This document shows positions 40,001 to 53,800 of a DNA stretch of 64,000 nucleotides, piece after piece. A model generated the notes under the pieces. The model did no database searches and was not told the origin of the DNA. It worked only from the letters and a program-made list of their open reading frames with translations. The stretch covers positions 1,425,236-1,489,235 of the forward strand of contig NW_018404943.1 of NCBI RefSeq assembly GCF_002113885.1. Direction: 5' to 3'. The DNA is from Mizuhopecten yessoensis. Lineage: Eukaryota. Position numbers and translations under genes: made by a program. The number at the start of each line of letters is the position of its first letter. Position 1 is the stretch's first letter.

Positions 40001-40534
40001 ACAACTACACAAACAACTACACCAATAACTACACCTACAACTACACCAACCACTACACCAGCTACCACACCTACAACAACACCAACCACCACACCTACAA
40101 CTACAGCTACAACTACACAAACAACTACACCAATAACTACACCTACAACTACATCAACCAATACACCAACCACGACACCAACAACTACTTCAACCACTAC
40201 ACAAACAACGAAACCGACAGCGACAACGACCACGACTCCGACCACTACGGCAACCAGTACGACAACCGCTTCGCTAACCAGTAGACCAACTACTACAGGG
40301 ACGAAACGTACGACTATACAAAAGCTAACATCATCAGAGATATCAACAACAGCACAAACATCAAACTGGATAATCGTTGGATCCAGCATTGGGGGATGTG
40401 CTGTAGTTCTGGCAGCCTTAATGGTCATAATGAAAGTCAAGACGGCGAAAAGAAAAAAAAATCAACTAAGGAAATTGTATATCGGCGATGAGTTTATTTC
40501 TGAACATCTTAATATGAAAAGAATGAAAACGTAA
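31060..40534 (+). CDS. Gene A2: membrane-tethered MAM-domain mucin-like protein, ~770 aa
   Basis: Exons 31060-31108, 35119-35358, 35962-36209, 38759-40534; exons 1-3 have the same sizes as in A1 (49/240/248). Signal peptide MGTFILGWRLFYLTCLGFTISTF, MAM motifs, uninterrupted (PTTT)n tract, TM WIIVGSSIGGCAVVLAALMVIM and a basic tail. Confidence 0.87.
32052..34362. other. ~2.3-kb insertion in A2 intron 1 relative to A1 (unclassified, probably mobile DNA)
   Basis: A1 reads CTCATAAG-CTATGTTTAAACAA contiguously (~1619-1640), but in A2 the two halves lie at ~32044 and ~34366. No clear TIR or coding signature. Confidence 0.5.
37171..38334. mobile_element. Non-autonomous DNA transposon with ~37-bp TIRs in a TTAA site (Kolobok-like)
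   Basis: TTAA|AGCTGACAGTACAAGTTAAAATGGCTTTCAATCAAGA ... TCTTGATTGAAAGCTTTTTAACTTGCACTGTCAGCT|TTTA. Empty site TTAA-GGATCC at 3878-3887 in A1. Confidence 0.82.
38845..40200 (+). repeat. Coding 12-bp repeat (ACACCTACAACT; PTTT) with 108-bp higher-order units
   Basis: Visible directly; higher-order units start at 39781, 39889, 39997 and 40105. Confidence 0.9.
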
Positions 40535-40948
40535 CGACTACAAAAGTAGGATATGTTGTAAACACATTGAAAGAGAAACAACTGTTGATGAGTGTACGAA
40601 TTGAAGAACATACTAACCGTTGCATTGAAAAAAACCAGGAATTATAACATTCGTGTCAGTCATGTTCATTAAAATAAAACTGCATTAAAACATTCAAACA
40701 TATTTCAATGCCGGAACTTAACGTACAATGTATAGTTTAACAGTAGCATCAAACCAATTTTATTTGGCATATACTGAGTACATGTTTAAACAATTGGAAT
40801 AAAAGACATAAAATGTAATACAAAAGAAGAATTTCAAGTTGACAAATAAGATTAAAAACGCTTTAAGTGTTGTAATAGTATAATCTGCAAGGAATAAAAT
40901 GGCAATGAAAATAATGATTCATGAGAGAGCATTGTGCTGAAAAAAAGG

Positions 40949-43548
40949 ACAAACTGTATATCAAATCACAAACTGTAGAACAAATCACAAACTGTAGAAC
41001 AAATTACAAGCTGTAGAACAAATTACAATCTGTATAACAAATCACAAACTGTAGAACAACTTACAAGCTGTAGAACAAATTACAAACTGTATATCAAATC
41101 ACAAACTGTAGAACAAATCCCAAACTGTAGAACAAATCACAAACTGTAGAACAAATTACAAGCTGTAGAACAAATTACAATCTGTATAACAAATCACAAA
41201 CTGTAGAACAAATTACAAGCTGTAGAACAAATTACAATCTGTATAACAAATCACAAACTGTAGAACAAATTACAAGCTGTAGAACAAATTACAATCTGTA
41301 TAACAAATCACAAACTGTAGAACAAATTACAAACTGTATAAAAGATTACAAACTGTATAACAAATTACAAACTGTAGAACAAATCCCAAACTGTAGAACA
41401 AATCACAAACTGTAGCAAACTGTATAACAAATCACAAACTGTAGAACAAATTACAAGCTGTAGAACAAATTACAATCTGTATAACAAATCACAAACTGTA
41501 GAACAAATTACAAGCTGTAGAACAAATTACAAACTGTATATCAAATCACAAACTGTAGAACAAATCCCAAACTGTAGAACAAATCACAAACTGTAGAACA
41601 AATCACAAACTATAGAACAAATTACAAACTGTAGAACAAATCACAAACTGTAGAACAAATCACAAACTGTAGAACAAATCACAGACTGTATAACAAATCA
41701 CAAACTGTATAAAAGATTCCAAACTGTATAACAAATTACAAACTGTAGAACAAGTCACAAACTGTAGAACAAATCACAAACTGTAGAACAAGTTACAAAC
41801 TGTAGAACAAATCACAAACTGTAGAACAAATTACAAGCTGTAGAACAAATTACAAACTGTATATCAAATCACAAACTGTAGAACAAAACACAAACTGTAG
41901 AACAAATCACAAACTGTAGAACAAATTACAAGCTGTAGAACAAATTACAATCTGTATAACAAATCACAAACTGTAGAACAAATTACAAACTGAATAACAA
42001 ATCACAAACTGTATAAAAGATTACAAACTGTATATCAAATTACAAACTGTAGAACAAATCACAAACTGTAGAACAAGTTACAAACTGTAGAACAAATCAC
42101 AAACTGTAGAACAAATCACAAAATGTATAACAAATCACAAACTGTATAAAAGATTACAAACTGTATTACAAATTACAAACTGTAGAACAAATCACAACTC
42201 GTAGAACAAATTACAAACTGTAGAACAAATCACAAACTGTATAAAAGATTACAAACTGTATAACAAATTACAAACTGTAGAACAAATCCCAAACTGTAGA
42301 ACAAATCACAAACTGTAGAACAAATTACAAGCTGTAGAACAAATTACAAACTGTATATCAAATCACAAACTGTAGAACAAATCCCAAACTGTAGAACAAA
42401 TCACAAACTGTAGAACAACTTACAAGCTGTAGAACAAATTACAAACTGTATAACAAATTACAAACTGTAGCAAACTGTAGAACAAATTACAAACTGTATA
42501 ACAAATTACAAACTGTAGAACAAATCACAACTTGTAGAACAAATCACAAACTGTAGAACAAATTACAAACTGTATAACAAATCACAAACTGTAGAACAAA
42601 TCACAAACTGTAGAACAAATTACAAACTGTATAACAAATCACAAACTGTAGAACAAATCACAAACTGTATAACAAATCACAAACTGTATAAAAGATTACA
42701 AACTGTATAACAAATTACAAACTGTAGAACAAATCACAAACTGTAGAACAAATTACAAACTGTATAACAAATCACAAACTGTAGAACAAATCACAAACTG
42801 TATAACAAATCACAAACTGTATGAAAGATTACAAACTGTATAACAAATTACAAACTGTATAACAAATCACAAACTGTAGAACAAATTACAAACTGTATAA
42901 CAAATCACAAACTGTATAAAAGATTACAAACTGTATAACAAATTACAAACTGTAGAACAAATCACAAACTGTAGAACAAATTACAAACTGTAGAACAAAT
43001 CACAAACTGTATAACAAATTACAAACTGTAGAACAAATCACAAACTGTACAACAAATCACAAACTGTATAACAAATCACAAACTGTATAACAAATCACAA
43101 ACTGTAGAACAAATTACAAACTGTAGAACAAATCACAAACTGTAGAACAAATTACAAACAGTAAAACAAATCACAAACTGTATAAAAAATTACAAACTGT
43201 ATAACAAATCACAAACTGTATAACAAATCACAAACTGTAGAACAAATTACAAACTGTAGAACAAATCACAAACTGTAGAACAAATTACAAACAGTAAAAC
43301 AAATCACAAACTGTATAAAAAATTACAAACTGTATAACAAATCACAAACTGTATAACAAATCACAAACTGTATAAAAAATTACAAACTGTAGAACAAATC
43401 ACAAACTGTACAACAAATCACAAACTGTATAACAAATCACAAACTGTAGAACAAATCACAAACTGTAAAACAAATCACAAACTGTATAAAAAATTACAAA
43501 CTGTATAACAAATCACAAACTGTAGAACAAATCACAAACTGTAGAACA
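40949..43548. repeat. 2.6-kb minisatellite, 19-bp unit (AAACTGTAGAACAAATCAC), ~135 copies
   Basis: AAACTG recurs at 19-bp spacing (e.g. 41103, 41122, 41141). Non-coding; absent at the paralogous site downstream of A1 (~8170). Confidence 0.95.
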
Positions 43549-44091
43549 TCACTTGTTATCAGTAAGTCCTGTATGTAATGTATATAAAGGTAAGTTTCAA
43601 ATATCGCGCAACAAACTTTAATTGTATTTTTTTCGGTAAGTAATGCATGCGCGAACGAGAGATTTACCGGGTGTTTTGACGGACATTACAGTGAGTCGTG
43701 CTAGGCTCATATTTGAAGCGCAAACTACAGATTGCGGTAAGTAAAATCATATTCTACGAAGTTTTTTTATGAATCATTAGTACTTTATAAACATATGTGT
43801 CATAAGCCTATATGGCTATAATTTGTATTTGCAGCATACTATGATGTCCCGCAATCGCAATTAATGTTATTGTTTAGATTAAGCTGGTGTTATGTAAACA
43901 AACACACATGTTCGAAGAGTTGTTTTCAGGCGAGTAGCACTCGATTACACGTGTAGATGTCTGAGATATACAATAGATAAGAGTATATATGCTTAGTTAT
44001 AATCGATAAACTATAACTACATGTATCAGCATTTTGCATATCGTTGTTATTTTATTATAATATATAGTATTGATAAGAATTATTGTATTAT

Positions 44092-44240
44092 TCAATAATA
44101 GCCTTTGCCTGGGGTCGATACCTGGACTTATCGACCCAAGAAAAGATATATTGACCGAGGACGCTGTCCGAGGTTAATATTTTTTTCTCGGGTCGATGAA
44201 TCCAGGTATTGACCGAAGATAAAGGCTACAATTGTTTTAT
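44092..44240. mobile_element. Imperfect ~150-bp palindrome, Crypton-like non-autonomous element
   Basis: TAGCCTTT..GGTCGATACCTGGA..TCGACCCAAGAAAA..ATATTGACC is mirrored by GGTTAATAT..TTTTCTCGGGTCGA..TCCAGGTATTGACC..AAAGGCTA. The family assignment is inference. Confidence 0.55.
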
Positions 44241-45364
44241 TATTTTACGAAACACTAATGTAAGCAATCTGAAAAAAAACACAACAAAAAAACTTCGAAA
44301 GTTGGACGGTGTATTGTTTGGAGACACGTTATAATTCTATTTTTAGAAACACCCAGTCCTTCAACAAAAATCACGCGCTCCAAGTCAATATCGGTTTTTA
44401 TCGGTGGACACGTGATGCACTCCTGGCCAATCACTTGTCGAGAATAATATGAAAAAATAATAAGAACGGTTATTGGTTTAATAGTATTTAAATGTAAACG
44501 AGGATAATTATATTGTACATTGTGATATAGAAACATTATAAAATAGAAACATTGTAGTATAGAAATCGTCTTTTAGACACATAAAGCTTTGTACTGTACT
44601 TATTTATGATAGTAATTAGGATAAATTTTATTATGTATTGTAGTTTAATGAGCTGTGAATCTACTAGCTCCAAATTGATCTTGTGACACGTTGGTCTAAT
44701 GTCTGTCGAAGGTGATGGCAAAACTCCTGCATATTCTTCATTGATGGGAGGCCAAATACCTACTATACCTGTGTGGTTGGAAAAAGGGTGACGTAATCCA
44801 TACTTACCCTGCAACTACAGTAAACTTTGGTTTATTGATATCAGCCTAGATATAGACTATCCATTATGCTGGGTCATAGCATTCCATCACTATAAAAACA
44901 TAAAGATCGGTATGATCTTGGATGCATCAGGATATAGACTATTCATTCTTTCTGCTGGGTCATAGTGAGCCATATATTGGCGACATGACGTTTCACTGCC
45001 AATTTGAACTGTTTGAAATGAGATCCATTGACAGGAGTATTGTGTTGGAACGGTGTGGGTATAACTTACAGTTGTATGTGTCAATCAACGAAGGCACATC
45101 AGTGGATATTGAAAGTCCTAGCTACAAAGACTGTAAATATTTACAGCTTTCTTTTGGAATTAGTAATAATTTTACCTGTACATTCATTCATTTCATTTGT
45201 CAGAAATTGATTAGTGAAAAATAATGTTATTTGGGAGAGAAAGAGGGAGTGATAGTGTTATGAAATGGTGTGAATAAATCGTACATATTGTAGGTTCAGT
45301 GTTTGTGTTGTGTATTGAAAAGTCTTGACAACTCCGATCGGTTCTCGTTACAAAGGGGATCAAA

Positions 45365-45552
45365 AGATATGTTAACAGTGAACGTTAGCCAGATATGTTA
45401 ACAGTGAACGTTAGCCAGATATATTAACAGTGAACGTTAGCCAGATATGTTAACAGTGACGTTAGCCAGATATGTTAACAGTGAACGTTAGCCAGATATG
45501 TTAACGATGAACGTTAGCCAAATATGTTAACAGTGAACGTTAGCCAGATATG
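45365..45552. repeat. 7 x 26-bp tandem repeat (AGATATGTTAACAGTGAACGTTAGCC)
   Basis: Near-identical head-to-tail units without spacers. Confidence 0.92.
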
Positions 45553-47815
45553 GGCCCAACTACGTTGTTTGAGATTATATCTTTTATAAGAGACAAAAAT
45601 TCTGGGCTTGGTATGCGAATAATGACTTGTCTTTTACCGAAACTAGAGCCACACTACAGTTTAAAGGTACAATATGTTACATGTGTAGTTACAAACATTA
45701 CCTTCTACAGTAAAATGCCTTCTATCGTTATTTAATTTTATTCGTCAATAGGATATCAAGACAAGTGCCCATTAGTGATAAATAATCGTCAATTGCGCAC
45801 ATATATACCAGAGTTGATTTAAGGTTATTTTATTGGGACATAAACACACTAGAGGGCACGGAAGCAGGACAACATAAAAATGATCTCAAACTTAAAACAT
45901 ATTTATCAACATAAATCTGTCTGCCAGTTCGTCCTTAGAACTGGCAATTAAGTGAATACATTTCTATCTACTTCGTACACTGTCAGTGTGCAAGGGACAA
46001 TGTAGTTGGAGCTATGCATTTTTGTATTTCGAGAATTTTTCACCCATTTAAGTGAAACAATAACATTGTCTGGACATTTTAAATAAAACTGTCAATGAAA
46101 CTCTCTACATATGGTTAGTAACTGACGTTATTGTACGCCAGAAGACACAGGTGGGGTATAAGACACCATGTGGCATACATTTGTAGCATTTTCTTCATTT
46201 CCATATATTACAGCAGAAATTTCCAGTGTTTTCTACAGTCAAACACAGTATTTACTGTTTATATTATTTTTATATTACAAAATCAACAGTTTTGCTTTTC
46301 AGATTAATAACTTTGATTGCGATCTTAAGCTATTGTGACGTTGATTAATTAATAAATTAATGACCTGTTATTAAATCCGTTAATGGTTAGTTATTAAATT
46401 TACTTGTTGAAGCCGCTAAAAAGAAAAAAAGGTAAAATCGCCTTTTGTCCTAGTTCAGTCTCCTCTTCAAAGTAATTTACTTCGTTCAGCTGAAATCGGA
46501 CTGATGTACTCTTATCGTAACGGCTGGGGTTTAAAACAATATGTTAACCGTATACCAAACAGATATAATAAAGCAATATATCTGTATCCAAAGAATTAGA
46601 CAGCATTCAATACTTATCTTTGTGTACGTTCAGCAGAAGATTTGGTTTGCTGTTGAAAATAGACATCATCTCTCGTAAGGCGTCACCAATCAAATGTATG
46701 TTATATGTTTGCTCGTGTAGAAGGTCAGTAAACAACAGTGCTGTCGTCTGGCAAAGCTCCAGAAAGGCCACACTCTTAGTATAAAACATACAACCGCGTC
46801 ATGTGTTACATGTATCATAATCATATTACGTAACAGTTGAAGTATAAATTTGCATTGAAATTACTCTAGAAGAAAACAATAAGAATGCAATCACATTCAC
46901 CTGTCACTTTGACGAGTTTAGTGTGACCAGACGGGGAGAGAAACTTTGTCTTCCCTAATACGAGCAGATGACTTCTTTATTGATGTAAAGTGCTACTGGA
47001 ATGGTACACTATCAACGTTGAAAACGCTATTTACACTGTATTTCTTCCGTATCCCAAATGTTAAGGAACATCCTGGTGTTACAGAACGTATGTGGTGTCT
47101 GAATGTTATAAGTTGTCAATGGAAACATCCGTTGTTGTTGTTTTGTTGTTGTTCTGTATTTATCAGGGTGTGCTACTCCTTTTAGGTGAACTAAACCTAA
47201 CACACGGGTAACCTTTCGTTTTTGTTTATTATCGCTTCTTAAAATTTCACATGTCAACTTCCAAATCAAGATGTAATTATAAAATATAAGGATATCTACA
47301 TGAACAAATGTACTTTGATAGTTTTAAAGCCACACATCACCTAAGACGAGCATTGAATCAATTAATCTAAAAACTGTTGGCCTTTGGTATTTAGTCAGAC
47401 TCACAAGAACAGATCAATTTCACACTAATGCAGAAAACGATACCAATGTTGATGTACTGTTACAATTTAGTACCAATGCATTTTTGACTACTTATCTTAA
47501 GCTGAGGTAACATACTTTTATTTTATGTTTCTATTTGGAAATATAACGAATCAACTAGTGAAGTGATCACGAGAAGTCAGAAATACCCAGCTTATTTGAA
47601 ACTACTCCGCATGTACACACGATATGAAGGTTTTTACGCTTAACCGGATGTTCTCAGTTCTGAGATAAGAACGGAGAAGTGAGCACTACCCTGCGTGATA
47701 ATCTATCATATCAACAGTGACCTCTGAGGGGGAAACATCTCATAGAGTACTTTGAAGAAGAAACAAATGGCATAATAATAAAGTTGAATTTTGACTAATT
47801 GAAGGAACTGTTAAC

Positions 47816-50800
47816 ATGAAGCTGGCATGGACTTCCGTTTTGCTACGTAAGTACAATTTATGATACATTATTATCAATGTTCACTTTCTGTAATAATTAT
47901 TAATTTCTTTAATTTCTTTTTTAATTTTTATGTACATGTACCGATATACACCATGTGTAACTTTTTTATTGTAATTCGAAATGGCAATATACCAAATATG
48001 ATTGGTCAGTATTTTATAGTTAGTATTGCCAGTAACATGAACTAAAACACGTATTCTTAATTTGTGATTGTGTTTTTAAATTTAGAAATATTTCCTGTAA
48101 AGCATGAAATGTAAAATGATCGACTATTACTGATATTCCTGTCGTAGAAATTAAGTTTTAAAACTGTTAAACACTATAATTTCGAATATTGCACAGACAC
48201 AGCTAGTTATCACCAAGGCATAAACAACCAAATATTTAGTATGGATATTAAATGTTTATATTATTAAGGATGTACAAACAGTCACCCAATTAACAGCAAT
48301 AAGTATACACTGCAATCAAACAATATTTCTATTAAAGCTTAGTTACCAGATCCCGATTTCCAGCTTGTTGTTAATGTAAGCTGCCCCAAAATGTTTTATG
48401 TCGTAAACAGTCAATATACATCTGTACATGTGAACTAATGTTTAAGTTTCCGAATCAGTCAATACACCAATTAATCAGTTTTTAACTGAAATTCAATTCG
48501 TTAAGTTTCTTTAATATGATAGTTTGCAAATAACAAACTTTCATAATCTTGAAACGCAAAATATGCCATTCTACGAATCAATTGGTGTCTATAGACACTG
48601 TAAAGTAACGCAATTACATATGTACATGTATTGGCCGATTCTTCTATTGCTTACTAAATGATGTCCTGACCACATGTGGTGGTACGTTTATTGGCTAGAT
48701 TTTCTTAAATTCAAAACCGTAACCACAAACGCAGATTTTGAAGCTGATTTCCTATGTTTGCTTAATTACGTGGTGAATAAAGGGAGCTAATCCTTCTTGA
48801 CATAACGTTTTTATACTTAGACTGGTGGATAATTCTTTACACTGTTTGCTCTAAAGAATCTTGAAATTTTGTACATTCTATATTTCCTATCTAATACATA
48901 TCTTCATGTATACGATTTATTTTGACAAACATAATAATCGTCGTGATGTAACCACAGTAATATATATTTTATTTTAAAGATTGAGAAACATAAATGTCAT
49001 TATGATATTTAGCTTCATGAAATGGGGGCATGGGAAATACAAAAAATACTAGGTTCAGTGTAAATGTACTAGGTATACATGTTTCAACTAATAAAATTTC
49101 ATAAGAGATGTTGAAGTTACAACATTGTTCAGTTAATATACACTTTATATATACTGTGATTAACACACTTATGAACGTGTTTGATTTATGAATGATGTTG
49201 AATAAGTCAGTTCTAATCGCTATGACAATCACATCCTGATGCCTATGACATTTCTTTATCAAACCAGCACCCTTAACAAAGTGGAAATCTGTGTACACGT
49301 GGTACATAATGTATCAGGATTTTTAAGCGAGCAATCTTTATATCTTTCATTTCGCAAGAAACGTATTGAAAACACTCTCAAAGCCTAAAACTCACCGAAA
49401 TCAAATACGAGCAGATAGGTGCACCCCAGACAATCTCTTGACAACCTGGTATCTCTTGTGAAGTCGCGATCTGTGTTCAGACTTCCTTCTCTGGGATGCT
49501 CGAAAAACTTGTTCAGTACGAATTTAGTTTCACATGATAATATGGAATGTAAATTCACATACAATAAAATGTAATGATATAGAAAAGCAATGAATCAAAA
49601 TGTTTGGTTTACCCTCATTCATTAGTATTAAGTATAAAACAAAATTTATATCAGCCACTTATTTTTCACTATAAATGATTTCAATTTAAACGCATTTGAA
49701 TGTATATTTAATGTACAATGTATTTATAATTCAATAAAACATGTTGTTTAAAGGTCTCAGTCTCTCTGTTTACATGTAGTACTGCTGCGCGAGTTAATTC
49801 AAGTGACGTCCGAAAAATGTTAAAATACTGAGTTAGAAGTAATATACTGTAATAACTAAGTGATATTTTGTGTGTTGACCATGGTGAATTGTTCATCGTG
49901 GTTTTGTGTGTTGACAATCTGGTATATTATATTCCTGACAGGTGACTCTAGGGTGAAGTGTGTTCACATAGGTATGCTGTATTATACTTAACATACTGAT
50001 TTTTAGTTGCAAGTTTGTTGATCATTTCAAAAGGGTACTTTGACTCAATCCCAATTACGAAAGTGACAAACTCTGAGCAAATCATCGCTTAAAAAGACTG
50101 TTAAATAACATTAGTAAGAATCTTTAAGTAAAGAAATGTTATTGTATCTGCTACATCTGAATAAAAGTACATTGATGATACATAACACGACACTTGACGT
50201 TTAAAACAGGACAATAGAAACATGTTTTACATTTCTCAAATGCTAATCATGTTTTTAATATTTCAAAGTTTTTGTCCTTGAATGGTGATGATGTGAAATA
50301 ATGTGTCCCTGCTTGGTGACACTTCACTTTATTTTTGTTCTTTTTAATTTTTATATAATGATTTACTTTGATTTTGTATTATGTTTTGCAGATTTTTTAA
50401 CATCAGCGTGGCTATTTAGTGATGCGGGATCAGTGGCCTCCACCAGAGCGACTAATGTCCACGTTTTGTCTAACAGCAGTTGTTCTAATATCAATGTAAC
50501 ACTACTGAGCCAGAGCTGTGACTTCGACAGTGGTTACTGTAGCTTCAGTCATCCGATGGGTTACCGTGACATAGAGTGGAGGATAACATCTACAACATTT
50601 TACGCTGGAGTACATTCTCCTCACGGTAATTTAACGTATTATCATAACAAAACCTTTGTCTCAAAATTGATTATGAATACAAGTTTGATTGCAATGGTAT
50701 TTGTTGAGCTCATTTGATGTTGAACGATCTAGATCTCTCTCTCAGAGAATTAATGACGATTTCTTTATGTTTTTATTATCTAACATGTTTAATCTCGCCT

Positions 50801-53800
50801 GGTCTGGTTTCAACAGAAATTCTTGCAAATATAAAACATTACTTTTTTAAGCTTATATCTTTGCTAATGTTTAAACACCTACATGTATCTGAATTTTTTG
50901 AATTGTGAAACTTACACAGAAAAGAATTGTCCTGTTCTTCTGCATACAGTTAATGTTTCCATGAAAAGATCTTTACTTTTATAATCGACACAAATACGAT
51001 CGTCTTTAAGTAACGTGGTTCAATGAAAACGCCTGATAATGTATATAAATGTATATTCATACACTCTGTATGACAAAGGTGTGACTTTTCAATTTGAATA
51101 TACATTTGTGGGATCGCACAACGTTACACGATGTGCGGTGTGCGCACGATGTGTGCACGAAGTGTTAACGATAACAAATGGACGACAATTGTTTGCGCAC
51201 ATTTGTGCGGACGATCGAAGAACGTTGTAGTGGCGGACCCAGGGGTGTTGCCTTAGTTGCCCGGGCAACACCCTTTCTTCTGTGTCCAAAAATAATCTGA
51301 CCTTAGGTTTTTGAAGATTTTCCTCTTTTTATATGGGATTTTCTTCTAATATCAACCATCCTGTGAACTATGATGTTCTATGTCAAGCAGCAGTTTGAAT
51401 ATCTATATATGCCTAAGGGTCCAGTTGCCCAAACAAGGAGTCCACTACTTATACTCTAAACAATAGGGGGTTAATCCTCTTTTGTTTATATATTAGTAGG
51501 ATCTCCAGTCAGGTCAGTGGTGAAGGCTCAACGGACTGTCTATCAAATATTGGTTGAAACTAATTAAATACGACAATTGTGTTCTTAAGTCAGTTTATGA
51601 AGATATGGATGAATGTAATCACAGAAACTGTAATTGGCGTTGTCAAGCTAGAAAATTATTATTGTCTTCTGGTTTTGGTAATGTCTGGTTAACTCATTAT
51701 GTTGATAATGAAAGGGTATTTTAACATTGTTTCAAGCAGCGTTTGACAGATGTTTTTTTTTCAAACAAGGAATGAATTTGCTGAAAGATCATCTAAATGT
51801 TATTTGTATAAATTCCTGATAGATAACTTTACGTTACAATTTTATCTAACAAAGTCTATTCCAGATGCGTATTTTAAACTTATTGCGAAATTACGACTTT
51901 CATCGCATCAGTTATATGTAGAAGAAGGTCGGTATCATAATATTCCGAGGGCAAATAGGTTATGTCGTTATTGTAATCAAAACCAGGTAGAGGACGAGTT
52001 CCATTTTGTTCTGATTTGTCCACTCTGTGTTGATATTCGTAAAAAGTTCATTAAAAAGTATTACTGGAGCCTCCCATCTTCATATAAACTTGTCCAGCGG
52101 GTATCTGTACGTAACAGAAAAGAGCTGTGTAATCTAGGAAAGTATATGCAATCAAGTTGGTTAGAACGGTCTAGATTCCAACCTTAGGTTATTGTGTTTT
52201 TTCTCACACTGACTGATAACATTTGAGTACTTGTTTATTTCCAGGTTAACACATATTATTTTGTCCATCCCCTGATCACTACACCAATGTATACAAATTG
52301 TATGCCTGTTTTTTTGTTTTTCTAATTAACATACTCTTTATTGAGCGCCGGTTGTTATTATGCGTAGAACATGTTGTCACCTCATCTGTTTTCCGATAGC
52401 CACAGTACACTTAGTTGAGGTAATTTTACAAGAGCTGTCCATCTTCCGATTAATTATTTATCTTGTACTTTAAAATAATTTAAAGAATTATACTATCCAT
52501 TTATAGGTACTATATATATATATATATGCGATGTACAAGATTATGCTTCATTCATGATGTTATAATTATTTGGTATTTCATATTACTGATGTATCAATTA
52601 TACGTTGCTGTGTGTGCTTATGAGCCGTAAGGCTTCGAGTTGAATAAACATTACAATACAATACAATACCTAATCGTATTGTTCTAATGTCACGGTGTGG
52701 TGATCACCCTGTCCGTTGAGAGAGGATAAAACCATCTGTTGGAATTAGGTATATATGTTAATTGTTATTTCAAAGGTAGAGTCCATTTCATGATAGCTAA
52801 ACCTGTATTTTCACCTGTGGTTTTATGTACACATGATCACCAGGAGCAATCTGATTAAAATCATATGTTAAAGGCTTCGTTAATCAGATTGCACCAGGAG
52901 TGTTTTATTATACCTGTTAAAAAATGTAAACTTCAAAAATTACAAAGCCAAAAAAGCATTCACCTTAGCAATCTAATTATATCTTCACATCGCTCCCGTT
53001 TTACGTTTTAAGTTTAGTATTACATCTTCAGAACAAAAAAGTCGTGCCAGAAAGTAGTATACATGTACAACCTACATGACAATTATAATTTGTTAGTTTT
53101 TTTGAGTGTTTTTCTGAGTTTAAAAAATAGGCAAAACCCAAAATTAATTCCTGGTNCCCCCCCACCCCCTGCGTTGTGCGATAACAATCGTGGTTGGTGT
53201 AAATTGAGGAATGACTTGAATAACAATATTTACGGTCGGTGTTTAAACATATAAACTTGATTGTTTAGTATGTTTCTATATTCTATCTTCATCTATAAGC
53301 TTATCTTTCTGTCTATACTTTCTTAAATTTAGAAATTGTGTTTTCGGTGTATTTTAAAAGACCTTAATCGACACATGTAAAATTACAACACAGTCTCGGC
53401 AACACAGGTAAACATAGCCACTTTGTACCTGGACCGTAGTTTTCCCCCGCCCGGGGCACTTACGTAACTCGCCAAGGTGTGAAAACCAGGCGATGGGAGC
53501 TATAGATGAGACCGAATGCAAATAACAAATGCTCAACGTCTAGTTGTGTTTTCATAACGGTCATGTCAGGCACAGGCCAGGTAAAACTCCGGTCACTCAT
53601 CAAATTGTTATTTACCTGTTCTGTTACCTAGCTAGGAGCAAAATCCATTCTTGACAGTCTAACGGTCACTGTATACTGTGTTACACGCATTGTAAAATTG
53701 TACGTAACCTTCATTATTGTGATGAAAAATGACAGTAATTTATACAGTGTACATTATTGCATACGAGCTTCCGGTTTTTTTCATTCCGTAATATTGATCA

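Noticed and set aside
45365-45552. CRISPR-like array (also considered for 40949-43548 and 24830-25240)
   Set aside because: Head-to-tail repeats without unique spacers, no cas genes, and a eukaryotic context.
43550-47500. Short ORFs between A2 and B2 as exons of another gene
   Set aside because: No recognisable domain, no consistent exon chain, and no counterpart between A1 and B1.
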